A DNA stretch of 63,799 nucleotides, counting the filler, from Octopus bimaculoides (lineage: Eukaryota): the NCBI RefSeq assembly GCF_001194135.2. It is 7 parts of 6 records of this genome, joined end to end, with 100 filler letters (N's around TTAATTAATTAA, not from the genome) between each part and the next. Parts side by side here need not be neighbours in the genome. Positions count along the whole stretch, not along the records: positions 48,916 to 54,387 come from NW_026338768.1; positions 54,488 to 62,219 come from NC_068982.1; positions 62,320 to 63,799 come from NW_026383556.1; 4 more parts are not named here. The stretch is one strand, 5' to 3'. Of this stretch, positions 52,786-63,799 are shown piece after piece. The translations under genes were made by a program, and so were the position numbers. The notes below the pieces were generated by a model, which worked only from the letters and a program-made list of their open reading frames with translations, did not search any database and was not told the DNA's origin. Position 1 is the stretch's first letter; every line of letters starts with the position of its first letter.

Positions 52786-53167
52786 GCTAGTCTAATCGTA
52801 GAATAGATAAGTATCTAATTACTGTTCAGACAAGTCAGGCTCTTAAATTCCAACTTCCTAATCAGGGAAACAAGGCAAAATATAATCCAGCAGAACAACA
52901 GTTGACCATTAGAAAGAACATAGCTCAACCGACTAATAAAGAGACAGAAAATAGACAAACAATTATACGCGGCAGGGATTCATTGATATGTATGTTCATA
53001 TGTATGTAGACGATAAAGATAACTCTTTACAGCTGTTTCGAAGATGCGGCAACAGGGTGACGCTATAATTCGTATTATGCAAACAGTTACACGTAATTAG
53101 GTAATAATAATACTAAGCAAATAAGCAAAAATATTATCAATAATATCATAAGAACGTAATAGGAATG

Positions 53168-53244
<77 letters not shown>

Positions 53245-54209
53245 AGTAGGTAGGTAGGTAGGTAGGTAGGTAGGTAGGTAGGTAGGTAGAAAGATATGTA
53301 GGTAGGCAGAGAGATAGATAGAGAGAGAGAGAGGGAAGGAGAGGGAGCGAGATCTATGTGTGTGTCTTCGTGTTTGTTTGCCACACACCCCCGCCGCTTA
53401 ACACTAGCAGTTCGGCAAAACGGACCGATAGAAAACTACCAGGATNNNNNNNNNNNNNNNNNNNNNNNNNNNNNNNNNNNNNNNNNNNNNNNNNNNNNNN
53501 NNNNNNNNNNNNNNNNNNNNNNNNNNNNNNNNNNNNNNNNNNNNNNNNNNNNNNNNNNNNNNNNNNNNNNNNNNNNNNNNNNNNNNNNNNNNNNNNNNNN
53601 NNNNNNNNNNNNNNNNNNNNNNNNNNNNNNNNNNNNNNNNNNNNNNNNNNNNNNNNNNNNNNNNNNNNNNNNNNNNNNNNNNNNNNNNNNNNNNNNNNNN
53701 NNNNNNNNNNNNNNNNNNNNNNNNNNNNNNNNNNNNNNNNNNNNNNNAAGGACTGTATCTATAGCAGTACCGTAAATTCAATCCGCCCTCTCGACTCTAG
53801 ATCTGCTTCAGGTCTGTCTCAGTTTACAAGAATTTTGATGTGAACTTGGTGTATTTTTTCCTACTTTAGGCACAAGACCCGAAATTTAGCGGGAGGGGCC
53901 AGTCGATTAGATTGACCTCAATACACAGCTGGTACTTAATTTGTCTTCAGATAATTGGATTTTTTAAACAGCGAATAGCTTAGAGGATCCATCTGAGTGA
54001 AACAGAAATCAAAAAGGTCCTTAGGTAAAAAAAAAAAAAATGGTTGAAAAACACTGAAATAAGCAGGGATTTTGTAGAAGGAAGGAAAGATGGTGTCTTC
54101 AGACTGGAGATCTGGCTTTAATGCTTCCTACAGACTGGAATTCAGTAAAGGCAGCCAAGGACAAGACAGTACAGTTTAAACTTAGCGACAGATTGATAAC
54201 AAGAACGGT

Positions 54210-54351
54210 GCACAAATGGCTATGTGGTAAGAAGTTTACTTCCCAACCACATTCTTTCGGGTTCAATCCCACTACATGACTCCTGGGGAAACCGTCTTCT
54301 ACTATGGCCCCGAGCTGACCAAAGAGTAGATTTGGTAGATGGAAACTAACA

Positions 54352-54386
<35 letters not shown>

Positions 54387-54650
54387 ANNNNNNNNNNNNN
54401 NNNNNNNNNNNNNNNNNNNNNNNNNNNNNNNTTAATTAATTAANNNNNNNNNNNNNNNNNNNNNNNNNNNNNNNNNNNNNNNNNNNNTATATATATATAT
54501 ATATATATGTATGTATACATATATACGACGGGCTTCTTTCAGTTTCCGTCAACCAAATCCATTCACAAGGCTTTAGTAGAAGACACTTGCTCAATGTGCC
54601 ACGCAGTGTGACTGAACCCAGTAGCTTGCTTACCAACCACATAGCCAATG
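54210..54650. mobile_element. Two SINE family B 5' halves in opposite orientation, separated by a scaffold gap
   Basis: + head tggctatgtggtaagaag (~54217); - head accaaccacatagcc (~54632-54646). Confidence 0.7.
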
Positions 54651-54659
54651 CATGTACGA

Positions 54660-54692
<33 letters not shown>

Positions 54693-56454
54693 TGTATGTT
54701 TGTATGTATGTATGTATGTCACATGTGTAGATATGTATGAATATGTATATATATATATATACATAAATATGTGTGTTTGTATGTATGAATATGCATATAT
54801 ATAATATATGTATATATATATATATACATAAATATGTGTGTNNNNNNNNNNNNNNNNNNNNNNNNNNNNNNNNNNNNNNNNNNNNNNNNNNNNNNNNNNN
54901 NNNNNNNNNNNNNNNNNNNNNNNNNNNNNNNNNNNNNNNNNNNNNNNNNNNNNNNNNNNNNNNNNNNNNNNNNNNNNNNNNNNNNNNNNNACAGATATAC
55001 GATTAAAGATGTTTTTTCTTATATATCTATGCGTGTGCGCGCGTGTGTGTTTGTACGTATTGTTGCGCAGACGCGTTTTAGAATCTAGCTACATAAGAAA
55101 AAAAAATGAGGGCCCAGAATGTTGTTGCCTTAAACTCCTCTTATCATTACAAAAATTTGGAGATATTCTGTGTTGCTTGCCACCATCTAACCTCGCTCTT
55201 TCAGAGAATCTGAAATACAAATGCAAAACTAAATTTTTTAAGCAAATTAGCTAGCTGGAAAATATCTAAGATCTTTTCTGTTTGCCTGCTAATTTCCAAT
55301 TTTTAAAATTTCTATTCAAATTGATTTCGTATTCGGTGTAATGATGTAGTTTTATATGCTAATCAATGCCATGAAATTCATTTCTCCATAAATCGATAAA
55401 TAGCTTTTAAAGTACGCAAATTCTGAGCAATTATAGCCAATCGTAAACCACAGACACATTCATATTTGTTTCCATAGTATCAAACCAAGCACGAGAACTC
55501 TTTTGTCTGCGGGAAAGCACGTGCTGAAAAATATATTTTACTCATTGAAGTGGTCGTGAAATGTGCTAAAAATAACGGCCATATAGGCCTTAAATCACGC
55601 AATCACGCACTCACAATTTTTTTTTTTTTTTGTATATTCGTATGAATTCCCATGTGTAGAATACAAATTCGCAAAAATTTTCTGAAAATTCCCAAAGAAT
55701 AAAACAAGGTATGTGGGGATTATATGGCGTGCGTAAAACAGAATTGCGCCAATATTTCATTGGTTTACAGTTGATAAAATGTGCTGTCACGCACAAAATT
55801 ATCAAACTTTAAACCTCTATAACTTTTTTATTTTTTCTGGAAAAAGTGAAATATTTCCTCAGATTTGACTTAGAAAATTACATTAATACACCAAATTTTT
55901 CAGCTTTTAATAAACTTTGAAATTTCCACAAGTGCAGCCAAACAGAAAAGATCCAATCTTTACAAGAGATGAAAACAGTAACAATACTGAGAAGTAATGT
56001 TTATCGTCACTTCAACATGACTGTTTTTCCAGTTACGAGACCACCACACCGTACGGTTTCGAGCTGTTTGAGCTCATCTTCGGTGGTAGATACTCGTCCA
56101 CTAAAGATAGCTGTAGTTCACTCCATTTTTCAACTTGTACTATATGATTCTATGGTCGCTCTGCTCAAAGATAGTGATAAGAGGCACAAAGGGAGAGAAA
56201 ATGATTAAAATAGAGATATTTTGAATATAATAGCCTGTGGTTATTTATGTCCGCTATATTTTGTTCTAGACATCAAGCGCTTCAGCTCGCCTTTGAATTT
56301 TATTGTGTCTGTGGGAAAATCATTCTCTATTAGTGCCTTATCAATTTAACTCAGTCACTGGTCCGATTTCCACTCATTAACTTATTTATTTTTACTAAAT
56401 TTTCGTTGCGTCTTGCAACCTTTTCAATAGTAGTTCACTCTATCTTCCATCTTT

Positions 56455-56870
56455 TACCTGTTTCAATCATTAGACTGCGGCCATACTGGGGCACCACCTT
56501 GAAAAGTTTTAGTCGAATGAAAGGACCACAGCACATTTCTTTAAACCTGGTGGTACTTATTCTATTGGTTAATTTTGCCGAATCGCGAAGTTACAGACAC
56601 AAAGATACAAACATAAGCGCGCGCGTGTGTGTGTTTGTGTATGCTACAGGCTTGTTTCAGTATCCGTCAACTAAATCCACTCACAAGGCTTTGGTCCACC
56701 CGCGGCTATAGTAGAAGACACACTTGCCGCGCAATGGGACTGAGCCGAACCCGGACGTATGTGGCCGAGAATCAAGACCCTTGCCACACAGCCACGCACG
56801 CAAACGTGTTTTTAAAGCAGAATAGAACAAAAAAAAGACAAAAAATTGCAATGGAACAGATGCACTCCCA

Positions 56871-56926
<56 letters not shown>

Positions 56927-57115
56927 TGTGTGTGTTTGTCCCCTACTACCGCTTCACAACCGGTGTTCATGTGTTTGGGGCGCGAAACTTAATGATTCGG
57001 CAATCGATTGAATAAATACAAGGCTTTAAAAATAAACAAAAGTACTGGGGTCAATTTATTCGAATAAAATCTCTTCAAGGTGGTGCTCCAGCATAGCCGC
57101 AGTCTAATTACTGAA
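56455..57115. mobile_element. Inverted pair of SINE family B copies around (CA)n
   Basis: ttagactgcggccatactggggcaccaccttgaa (~56470, -) versus ttcaaggtggtgctccagcatagccgcagtctaa (~57075, +). Confidence 0.85.
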
Positions 57116-58039
57116 ATGAATAATAATAAAAAAAAAAAGATTGTGTTTATAGTAGAAATCTAACAACTATTTTATTTTTTATTGCTTTTACTCTATCGTA
57201 TCGACCTAGAAGTGATATATGACAAAGTTGACCTTGTCTGGATTTGAAATCTGGGATCTTTTTTAAAACGGGGGCCACATTTTTCATTAACGAAACACTT
57301 TGAAACTTGGAACACTGGNNNNNNNNNNNNNNNNNNNNNNNNNNNNNNNNNNNNNNNNNNNNNNNNNNNNNNNNNNNNNNNNNNNNNNNNNNNNNNNNNN
57401 NNNNNNNNNNNNNNNNNNNNNNNNNNNNNNNNNNNNNNNNNNNNNNNNNNNNNNNNNNNNNNNNNNNNNNNNNNNNNNNNNNNNNNNNNNNNNNNNNNNN
57501 NNNNNNNNNNNNNNNNNNNNNNNNNNNNNNNNNNNNNNNNNNNNNNNNNNNNNNNNNNNNNNNNNNNNNNNNNNNNNNNNNNNNNNNNNNNNNNNNNNNN
57601 NNNNNNNNNNNNNNNNNNNNNNNNNNNNNNNNNNNNNNNNNNNNNNNNNNNNNNNNNNNNNNNNNNNNNNNNNNNNNNNNNNNNNNNNNNNNNNNNNNNN
57701 NNNNNNNNNNNNNNNNNNNNNNNNNNNNNNNNNNNNNNNNNNNNNNNNNNNNNNNNNNNNNNNNNNNNNNNNNNNNNNNNNNNNNNNNNNNNNNNNNNNN
57801 NNNNNNNNNNNNNNNNNNNNNNNNNNNNNNNNNNNNNNNNNNNNNNNNNNNNNNNNNNNNNNNNNNNNNNNNNNNNNNNNNNNNNNNNNNNNNNNNNNNN
57901 NNNNNNNNNNNNNNNNNNNNNNNNNNNNNNNNNNNNNNNNNNNNNNNNNNNNNNNNNNNNNNNNNNNNNNNNNNNNNNNNNNNNNNNNNNNNNNNNNNNN
58001 NNNNNNNNNNNNNTGCTACTGCTGCTGCCGCTGCTGCTA

Positions 58040-58895
58040 AAAGAGGGCGGTTGATGGTAGAGAATCAGTAGAGCATTGAATAAAATAGCATTTCCTATTT
58101 ACTCATGGCCCTTTCCAGTCTGACATAAAATCCAGCTGAGATCGACGTTGCCTTTCATCTTTCTTCTATCGATTATATCAAGCATGAGCTAATTTGTGGG
58201 GTCGATCTAATTAACTTTAGTCTCCACCCTTCGTGTTAACTTTTTGGCCTTGCACGCGTCATCAGCCAGAATCATTAGCACTTCAGATAAAAAAAAAATT
58301 AGCGAGATTTCGTTCTTCCTTACGTTCTGAAGTCAAATTCCGCCTTTTCGAGCCAATAAAATAAGTACCAGTTGACTACTGGGGTCGATATAATCGATTA
58401 GTCTCCTTCCCAAAAATACATCAGGCTTTGTGCCTATTGTAGAAAGAACCTATTATTAAGAGGGGCGGCGTTAGCCTGCCAGGCGAAATGCTTAAAGGCA
58501 TTTTCGTCCATCTTTACGTTCTGAGTTCAAATTCCGCCGAGGTCGATTTTGCCATTCATCCTTTCGGGGTCGTTAAATTAAGTACCAGTTTAACACTGGG
58601 TCGATGTAATCGACTATCCCCTCCCCAAAAATTACTGGCCTAGTGCCAAAATTTCAAACCATTGTTATGAGGGCGGCAAGCTGGCGGAATCGTTAGCTTG
58701 CCGTACAAAATTCTAAGCAGTATTTCGTCTGTCGCTACGTTCTGAGTTCAAATTCTACTGAGGTCACCTTTGCCTTTCATTCTTTTGGGGTCGGTAAAAT
58801 AAGTACCAGCCAAGTACTGGGCTTTATATAATTGATAGTCGCTTCCCACTAAATTTCAGGTCACGTGACTATTGTAGAAAGGATTATTATTATTG
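58040..58895 (+). repeat. Second head-to-tail array of about 4 SINE family A copies
   Basis: Copies at ~58042, 58262, 58460, 58670 with short (ATT)-type spacers. Confidence 0.8.
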
Positions 58896-58959
58896 TTATT
58901 AAATTCATTGGATTTTCAATGTTATCTAACATTTCTCCTGCCAATATTTCATGCGTTGG

Positions 58960-59330
58960 AGGAGCAATGGCCCAGTGATTAGGGCAGCAGACTCGCGGTC
59001 ATAGGATCGCGGTTTCGATTCCCAGACCGGGTGTTGTGAGTGTTTATTGAACGAAAACACCTAAAAGCTCCACGAGACTACGGCAGGGGATGGTGGCGAA
59101 CCCTGCTGTACTCTTTCACCACAACCTTCTCTCACTCTTACTTCCTGTTTCTGTTGTGCCTGTAATTCAAAGGGTCAGCTGTGTCACACTGAATATCCCC
59201 GAAAACTACGTTAAGGGTACACGTGTCTGTGGAGTGCTCAGCCACTTGCACGCTAATTTCACGAGCAGGCTGTTCCGTTGATCGGATCAACTGGAACCCT
59301 CGACGTCGTAAGCGACGGAGTGCCAACAAG
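58960..59330 (+). mobile_element. tRNA-derived SINE family C
   Basis: GGAGCAATGGCCCAGTGATTAGGGCAGC (A box) ... GGTTTCGATTCCC (B box) followed by a ~300 bp body. Confidence 0.8.
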
Positions 59331-59383
59331 AAAATTTCATGCGTACACGTATTTTGACTCTTTTTCCTCTCTTTTACTCAAAG

Positions 59384-59754
59384 CTGGGGTTCTCAACAAC
59401 TATTTTATCGATGGACTCCTTTGATTACCATTTTATTCTGGTGGACCCCTTTAGCCATTTTGATGTTTAAAGACTAATTTTATAGGCACTTCTTTCAAAA
59501 TTCCTGTTTTGCTTTTCACACATTAACTCGTGTAAGTTGAATTATATAAAATGTTTGAGAAAAAAAAAATAACGTAGCTGTTTTTTTTTGTTGTTTTTTT
59601 TTGCGATGCACATCCATAAATACATCTTTAGCAAAAATTTTTTTCAGGGGTCCTAAAATACTATTGTGAATTCCCAATTTACTATTTTGTTGTAGACCCC
59701 AAAAATTTTATATGGACCCTCAGTGTTCATATAGACCCTGGTTGAGAACCACTA
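59384..59754. mobile_element. hAT/Charlie-type MITE
   Basis: TIRs CTGGGGTTCTCAAC and GTTGAGAACCACTA; 8-bp TSD only partly conserved. Confidence 0.6.
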
Positions 59755-59959
59755 CACTAAACTCTGCTAGTAAGTCGTATATGATCGTAGTTCGTCCACT
59801 ACCCTGCCTACTACCCATCATCAAAATCTGACGTGATTAAAATTTGGCTGCTTGATGGTTCCAGATGCCTGTTGAGGTATTATATTCAATTTGGTCTAAA
59901 TTCTTCGAATAACTTAGCACAGCTGCCAAATAAGTTGCCAGTTGTTTTGTAGTGACTTT

Positions 59960-60540
59960 TGTGTATGCGTATGTGTGTGTGTGTGTGCGAGCGTGTGTGT
60001 GTGTGTGCGCATGTCTGGGTGGGTGTGCATGCGCGCGAAAGAATCTGATGCGTGTGAGTGTGTGTACGTGTGTGTCTAACATGTATGAGCGTGTGCATGC
60101 ATGTGTTTGTGTGTGTGTTTCCGTGAGTATATGTGTGTGAGCGCGTGTGTGGATGCGTATGTGTGTATTTCTGTAAGTATGTGTGTGTGTGCGCGCGCGC
60201 ATGTGTGGGTGCGTATGCGTGCAATGGTTGTTTGTGTATGCGCGGGGTGTCAGTCTGTGCGTGTGTGTGTGTGCGCGCGCGTGTTTGTGTCTATTCCTGA
60301 GTATGATTGTGTTTGTGCACGCATCTGTGTGTGTGGAAAGGAACGCGTTTCTAAGTATACTGGGTTTGAAACTGCGTGCATTTGTACAAGTATATAGATG
60401 TGCATAGTATACGTGCAAGCATGTGAGTGTGTGTGTGAGTGTGTGTGTGTGTGTCTGGCTGTCTGCCTGTCTGTATCTGTCTGTGTGCGTGTGTGCGTGT
60501 GTGTGTGTCTGTGTGTAGAAAGAGACGTGTGTATATTGTA
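59960..60540. repeat. Long degenerate alternating purine-pyrimidine (TG/CG/TA) tract; representative of many microsatellites in the window
   Basis: Direct reading; other tracts include (TA)n, (CA)n, (GA)n, (GATA)n, (GGTA)n, (CATA)n, (ATT)n and (TTC)n, many next to gaps. Confidence 0.95.
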
Positions 60541-60570
60541 CCTGATGTCGTTGTTATTTTTTTTATAGAA

Positions 60571-60601
<31 letters not shown>

Positions 60602-61029
60602 NNNNNNNNNNNNNNNNNNNNNNNNNNNNNNNNNNNNNNNNNNNNNNNNNNNNNNNNNNNNNNNNNNNNNNNNNNNNNNNNNNNNNNNNNNNNNNNNNNN
60701 NNNNNNNNNNNNNNNNNNNNNNNNNNNNNNNNNNNNNNNNNNNNNNNNNNNNNNNNNNNNNNNNNNNNNNNNNNNNNNNNNNNNNNNNNNNNNNNNNNNN
60801 NNNNNNNNNNNNNNNNNNNNNNNNNNNNNNNNNNNNNNNNNNNNNNNNNNNNNNNNNNNNNNNNNNNNNNNNNNNNNNNNNNNNNNNNNNNNNNNNNNNN
60901 NNNNNNNNNNNNNNNNNNNNNNNNNNNNNNNNNNNNNNNNNNNNNNNNNNNNNNNNNNNNNNNNNNNNNNNNNNNNNNNNNNNNNNNNNNNNNNNNNNNN
61001 NNNNNNNNNNNNNNNNNNNNNNNNNNNNN

Positions 61030-61235
61030 GTTGTCAAGCGATGTTGGGGGGGACTAACACAGACACACACACATATAAATATATATACATATATACGACG
61101 GGCTTCTTTCAGTTTCCGTCTACCAAATCCACTCACAAGGCTTTGGTCGGCCCGAGGCTATAGTAGAAGACACTTGCCCAAGGTGCCCCGCAGTGGGACT
61201 GAACCCGGAACCATGTGGTTCGTAAGCAAGCTACT
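61030..61235 (-). mobile_element. SINE family B, young-looking copy with 3' part in a gap
   Basis: tatacgacgggcttctttcagtttccgtctaccaaatccactcacaaggctttggtcggcccgagg. Confidence 0.9.
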
Positions 61236-61853
61236 TTATTTCATAAATATTTGCCATAAATGCATTACAAAGAGGGGACGAACAAGGACAGACAAACATA
61301 AAAGGGGTGAAGTAGCTGTATCGATTAAATATTTACAATTTTAAATATACAATAATAATTTGATTATATTTACTATGTTCGATTAAAGCATTGCTCATAA
61401 CAGATGCAATTTGGAGAAGGATAGGCATCCGACCACCAAGGTAGACCCCTTGCTTTTTCTTTCCCTTGTTTTTAGCCACTCCTACTCTTATATATATATA
61501 AACAAAACATTCAAACACTAAGATTTGAAATAAGATGTCACTACTATTAATATCATGTGTGGATAAAATTTAAAACTGATGGTATCAACAGTAGTAACAT
61601 AGGTGGTCCTCAGTCAAATAGCATTATTTAGCTATAAATTACAAATTTGCACGAAGCGTGTTTTTGGCGCAAAACAAAACCAGTATCCTAGCGGAGTTTA
61701 TTGTGACAGCCTTGAATTTTTACTCGGTAGTACACACTACATGGCTGCGTATTACAAGGCTGCGTATACCTAGATGAAAATATACACCTTGCTGTATATA
61801 TTATATAGGTGTATATACCCAGCTGTAAATACGCACCCGGGGTACATACTCTC

Positions 61854-61909
<56 letters not shown>

Positions 61910-62172
61910 GAATGTGTTGTGTGAGCGGTCAGAGGGTCAAGGATTAAATTTCCAAAAGCCGAAATCCGGGTATGTGGATGTCCTAAACTGCATAATCTTT
62001 TTTAGTTGTGCTTTTAAATGTATTAATTCTTTCCTTTTTCCTCGCCTACTGTTATTTTTCGGTTATCTTGGTGCTGCACGGTGGTTTAATTAAGACTTTA
62101 GCTATTATTTCTAGCAGGTGTACGTTTTTATGCATTCTTACCTTTCGTGCAAATTTACATATGTATATATAC

Positions 62173-62219
<47 letters not shown>

Positions 62220-62319
62220 NNNNNNNNNNNNNNNNNNNNNNNNNNNNNNNNNNNNNNNNNNNNTTAATTAATTAANNNNNNNNNNNNNNNNNNNNNNNNN
62301 NNNNNNNNNNNNNNNNNNN

Positions 62320-63799
62320 GAGACGACGGACGAAAGTTGCAAATCGACTCAACCAGCATCCCAAAAGTAACAAAAGGTCCCGCGTAAAAACGACACTGAT
62401 GGAGATTGATAAAAGGCTGCAACAATCCTATGTGAGGGAGAGAGCAAACAAAGAAGCCTGAGTTATAAAAAACATTAAGTCAAACCCAAAGGCCTTCTTT
62501 CATTACGCGAAAGAAACAACCTCAGTACGCTGCAAGATTGGACCCCTCTTCGAAAAGGATAGCTCCCTCACAGACAGTCCAACTAGGATCAGTGAGGTAC
62601 TGAATGAGCAATTCAAAAGTGTCTTCACCACTCCGTTGGAGCACATACAAGTGAACGAACCAGTGGACTTCTTTCCTACATCCCCTATAACCAGAGAGGC
62701 AGTTACGATGGAATACATCAACATTAGCGAAGAAGATGTACTACTAGCTATAGATGAAGTGGACACAAACTCAACTGCTGGTCCTGATGGTTTCCCAGCA
62801 ATCCTCCTTAAATCGTGTAAGCATGCCCTGGCAAAACCCCTCCAGATCCTTTTCCAGAGCTTTCTTGCAAATGGCAGACTGCCAAGCAAGCTGAAGGAGA
62901 GAATAATATGCCCAAAACTATAGCAGATGCCAAAAACTATAGGCCTATCTCTCTGACTTCACACATCAGCAAAGTCATGGAAAGGATAGTCAGAGGAAAA
63001 CTAATCGCATTCCTTGAAGAAAATAACTTGCTGAGTGATATCCAACATGGCTTTCGACCAGGTAGGAGCTGCCTGACCCAGCTCTTACAACATTATGACT
63101 GGGTGTTGAGGCAGTTACTCAACAACTCAAATGTGGACGTAATATACCTTGATTTTGCAAAAGATTTTGATAAAGTGGATCATGGTGTGATATGCCACAA
63201 AGTGCGTGATCTTGGCATAGCTGGAAAAATTGGAGGGTGGTTACATGATTTTCTGAAAGATAGAAGTCAGGCAGTAATGGCTAAAATGGAGCCACCTCTA
63301 TGAAAACACAAATAGTGAGCGGTGTTCCACAGGGCACTGTCTTGGGACAATTGCTTTTTATAGTCGCCCTATCAGATATGCCCTCAAGTGCCCGAATAGC
63401 CACCCTTGCAAGCTACGCAGACGATACGAAAGTCTCCCAGAAAATACAGAACTCCAGTGATTTTGCACACCTGCAGCAGGATTTGGACTTAATTTACAGA
63501 TGGGCTGAGGATAATAATATGCAGTTTAATGCTGAAAAATTCCAAGCCCTGCGCTACCAACGTCCAAAACTGAATATGAAACTTACAGAGTACACTGGTC
63601 CGCAGGGAATTTCAATCCCAGAGAGACCTGGATATCGACCTGGATGGCGACAAACTGCAGACGACTGGTTGGCTGGATCCTGAGAACATTCAGAATCAGA
63701 GATAAGGGAACCATGATGGTCCTCTGGAGGACATTCATCCGCAGCCGCATGGATTACTGCTCACAGCTATGGTCACCCACCAGTGTGAAATTAACAGCG
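62320..63799 (+). mobile_element. CR1-clade LINE ORF2 (RT) with frameshifts, running off the window
   Basis: IKSNPKAFFHY, AGPDGFPA, NYRPISLTS, QHGFRPGRSC, VIYLDFAK, SGVPQGTVLG, YADDTK, ILRTF...MDYCSQLWSP. Confidence 0.95.

Noticed and set aside
58960-59035. Possible tRNA gene
   Set aside because: No complete cloverleaf; continues into a SINE body

Overview
AT-rich, microsatellite- and gap-rich animal genomic DNA; the SINE families and repeat load resemble an octopus (coleoid cephalopod) genome (inference). No prokaryotic features and no CRISPR. Host genes: (i) one large + strand coding exon (46033-46968) for an HtrL/YibB-family (PF09612-like), probably glycosyltransferase-like protein, with a phase-compatible candidate upstream exon at 40887-40948; (ii) a candidate signal-peptide first exon on the - strand (19179-19121) with a CpG-rich leader, ending in SW-W at a phase-2 donor as Wnt genes do. 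The rest is mobile DNA: three tRNA-type SINE families, RLE-type (R4/Dong-like), RTE, CR1 and Tx1-like LINE pieces, Penelope-like elements, a mariner fossil, two DD36E Tc1-like copies, a hAT-type MITE and a 28S rRNA fragment. The most interesting pattern is a microsatellite-niche retroelement community. It includes head-to-tail SINE arrays built on (ATT)n, Dong-like LINEs bounded by (AAT)n, a second RLE family bounded by (CATA)n, and a Tx1-like LINE sharing its 3' tail with a SINE. All homology calls are by eye and need database confirmation; repeat boundaries are approximate.
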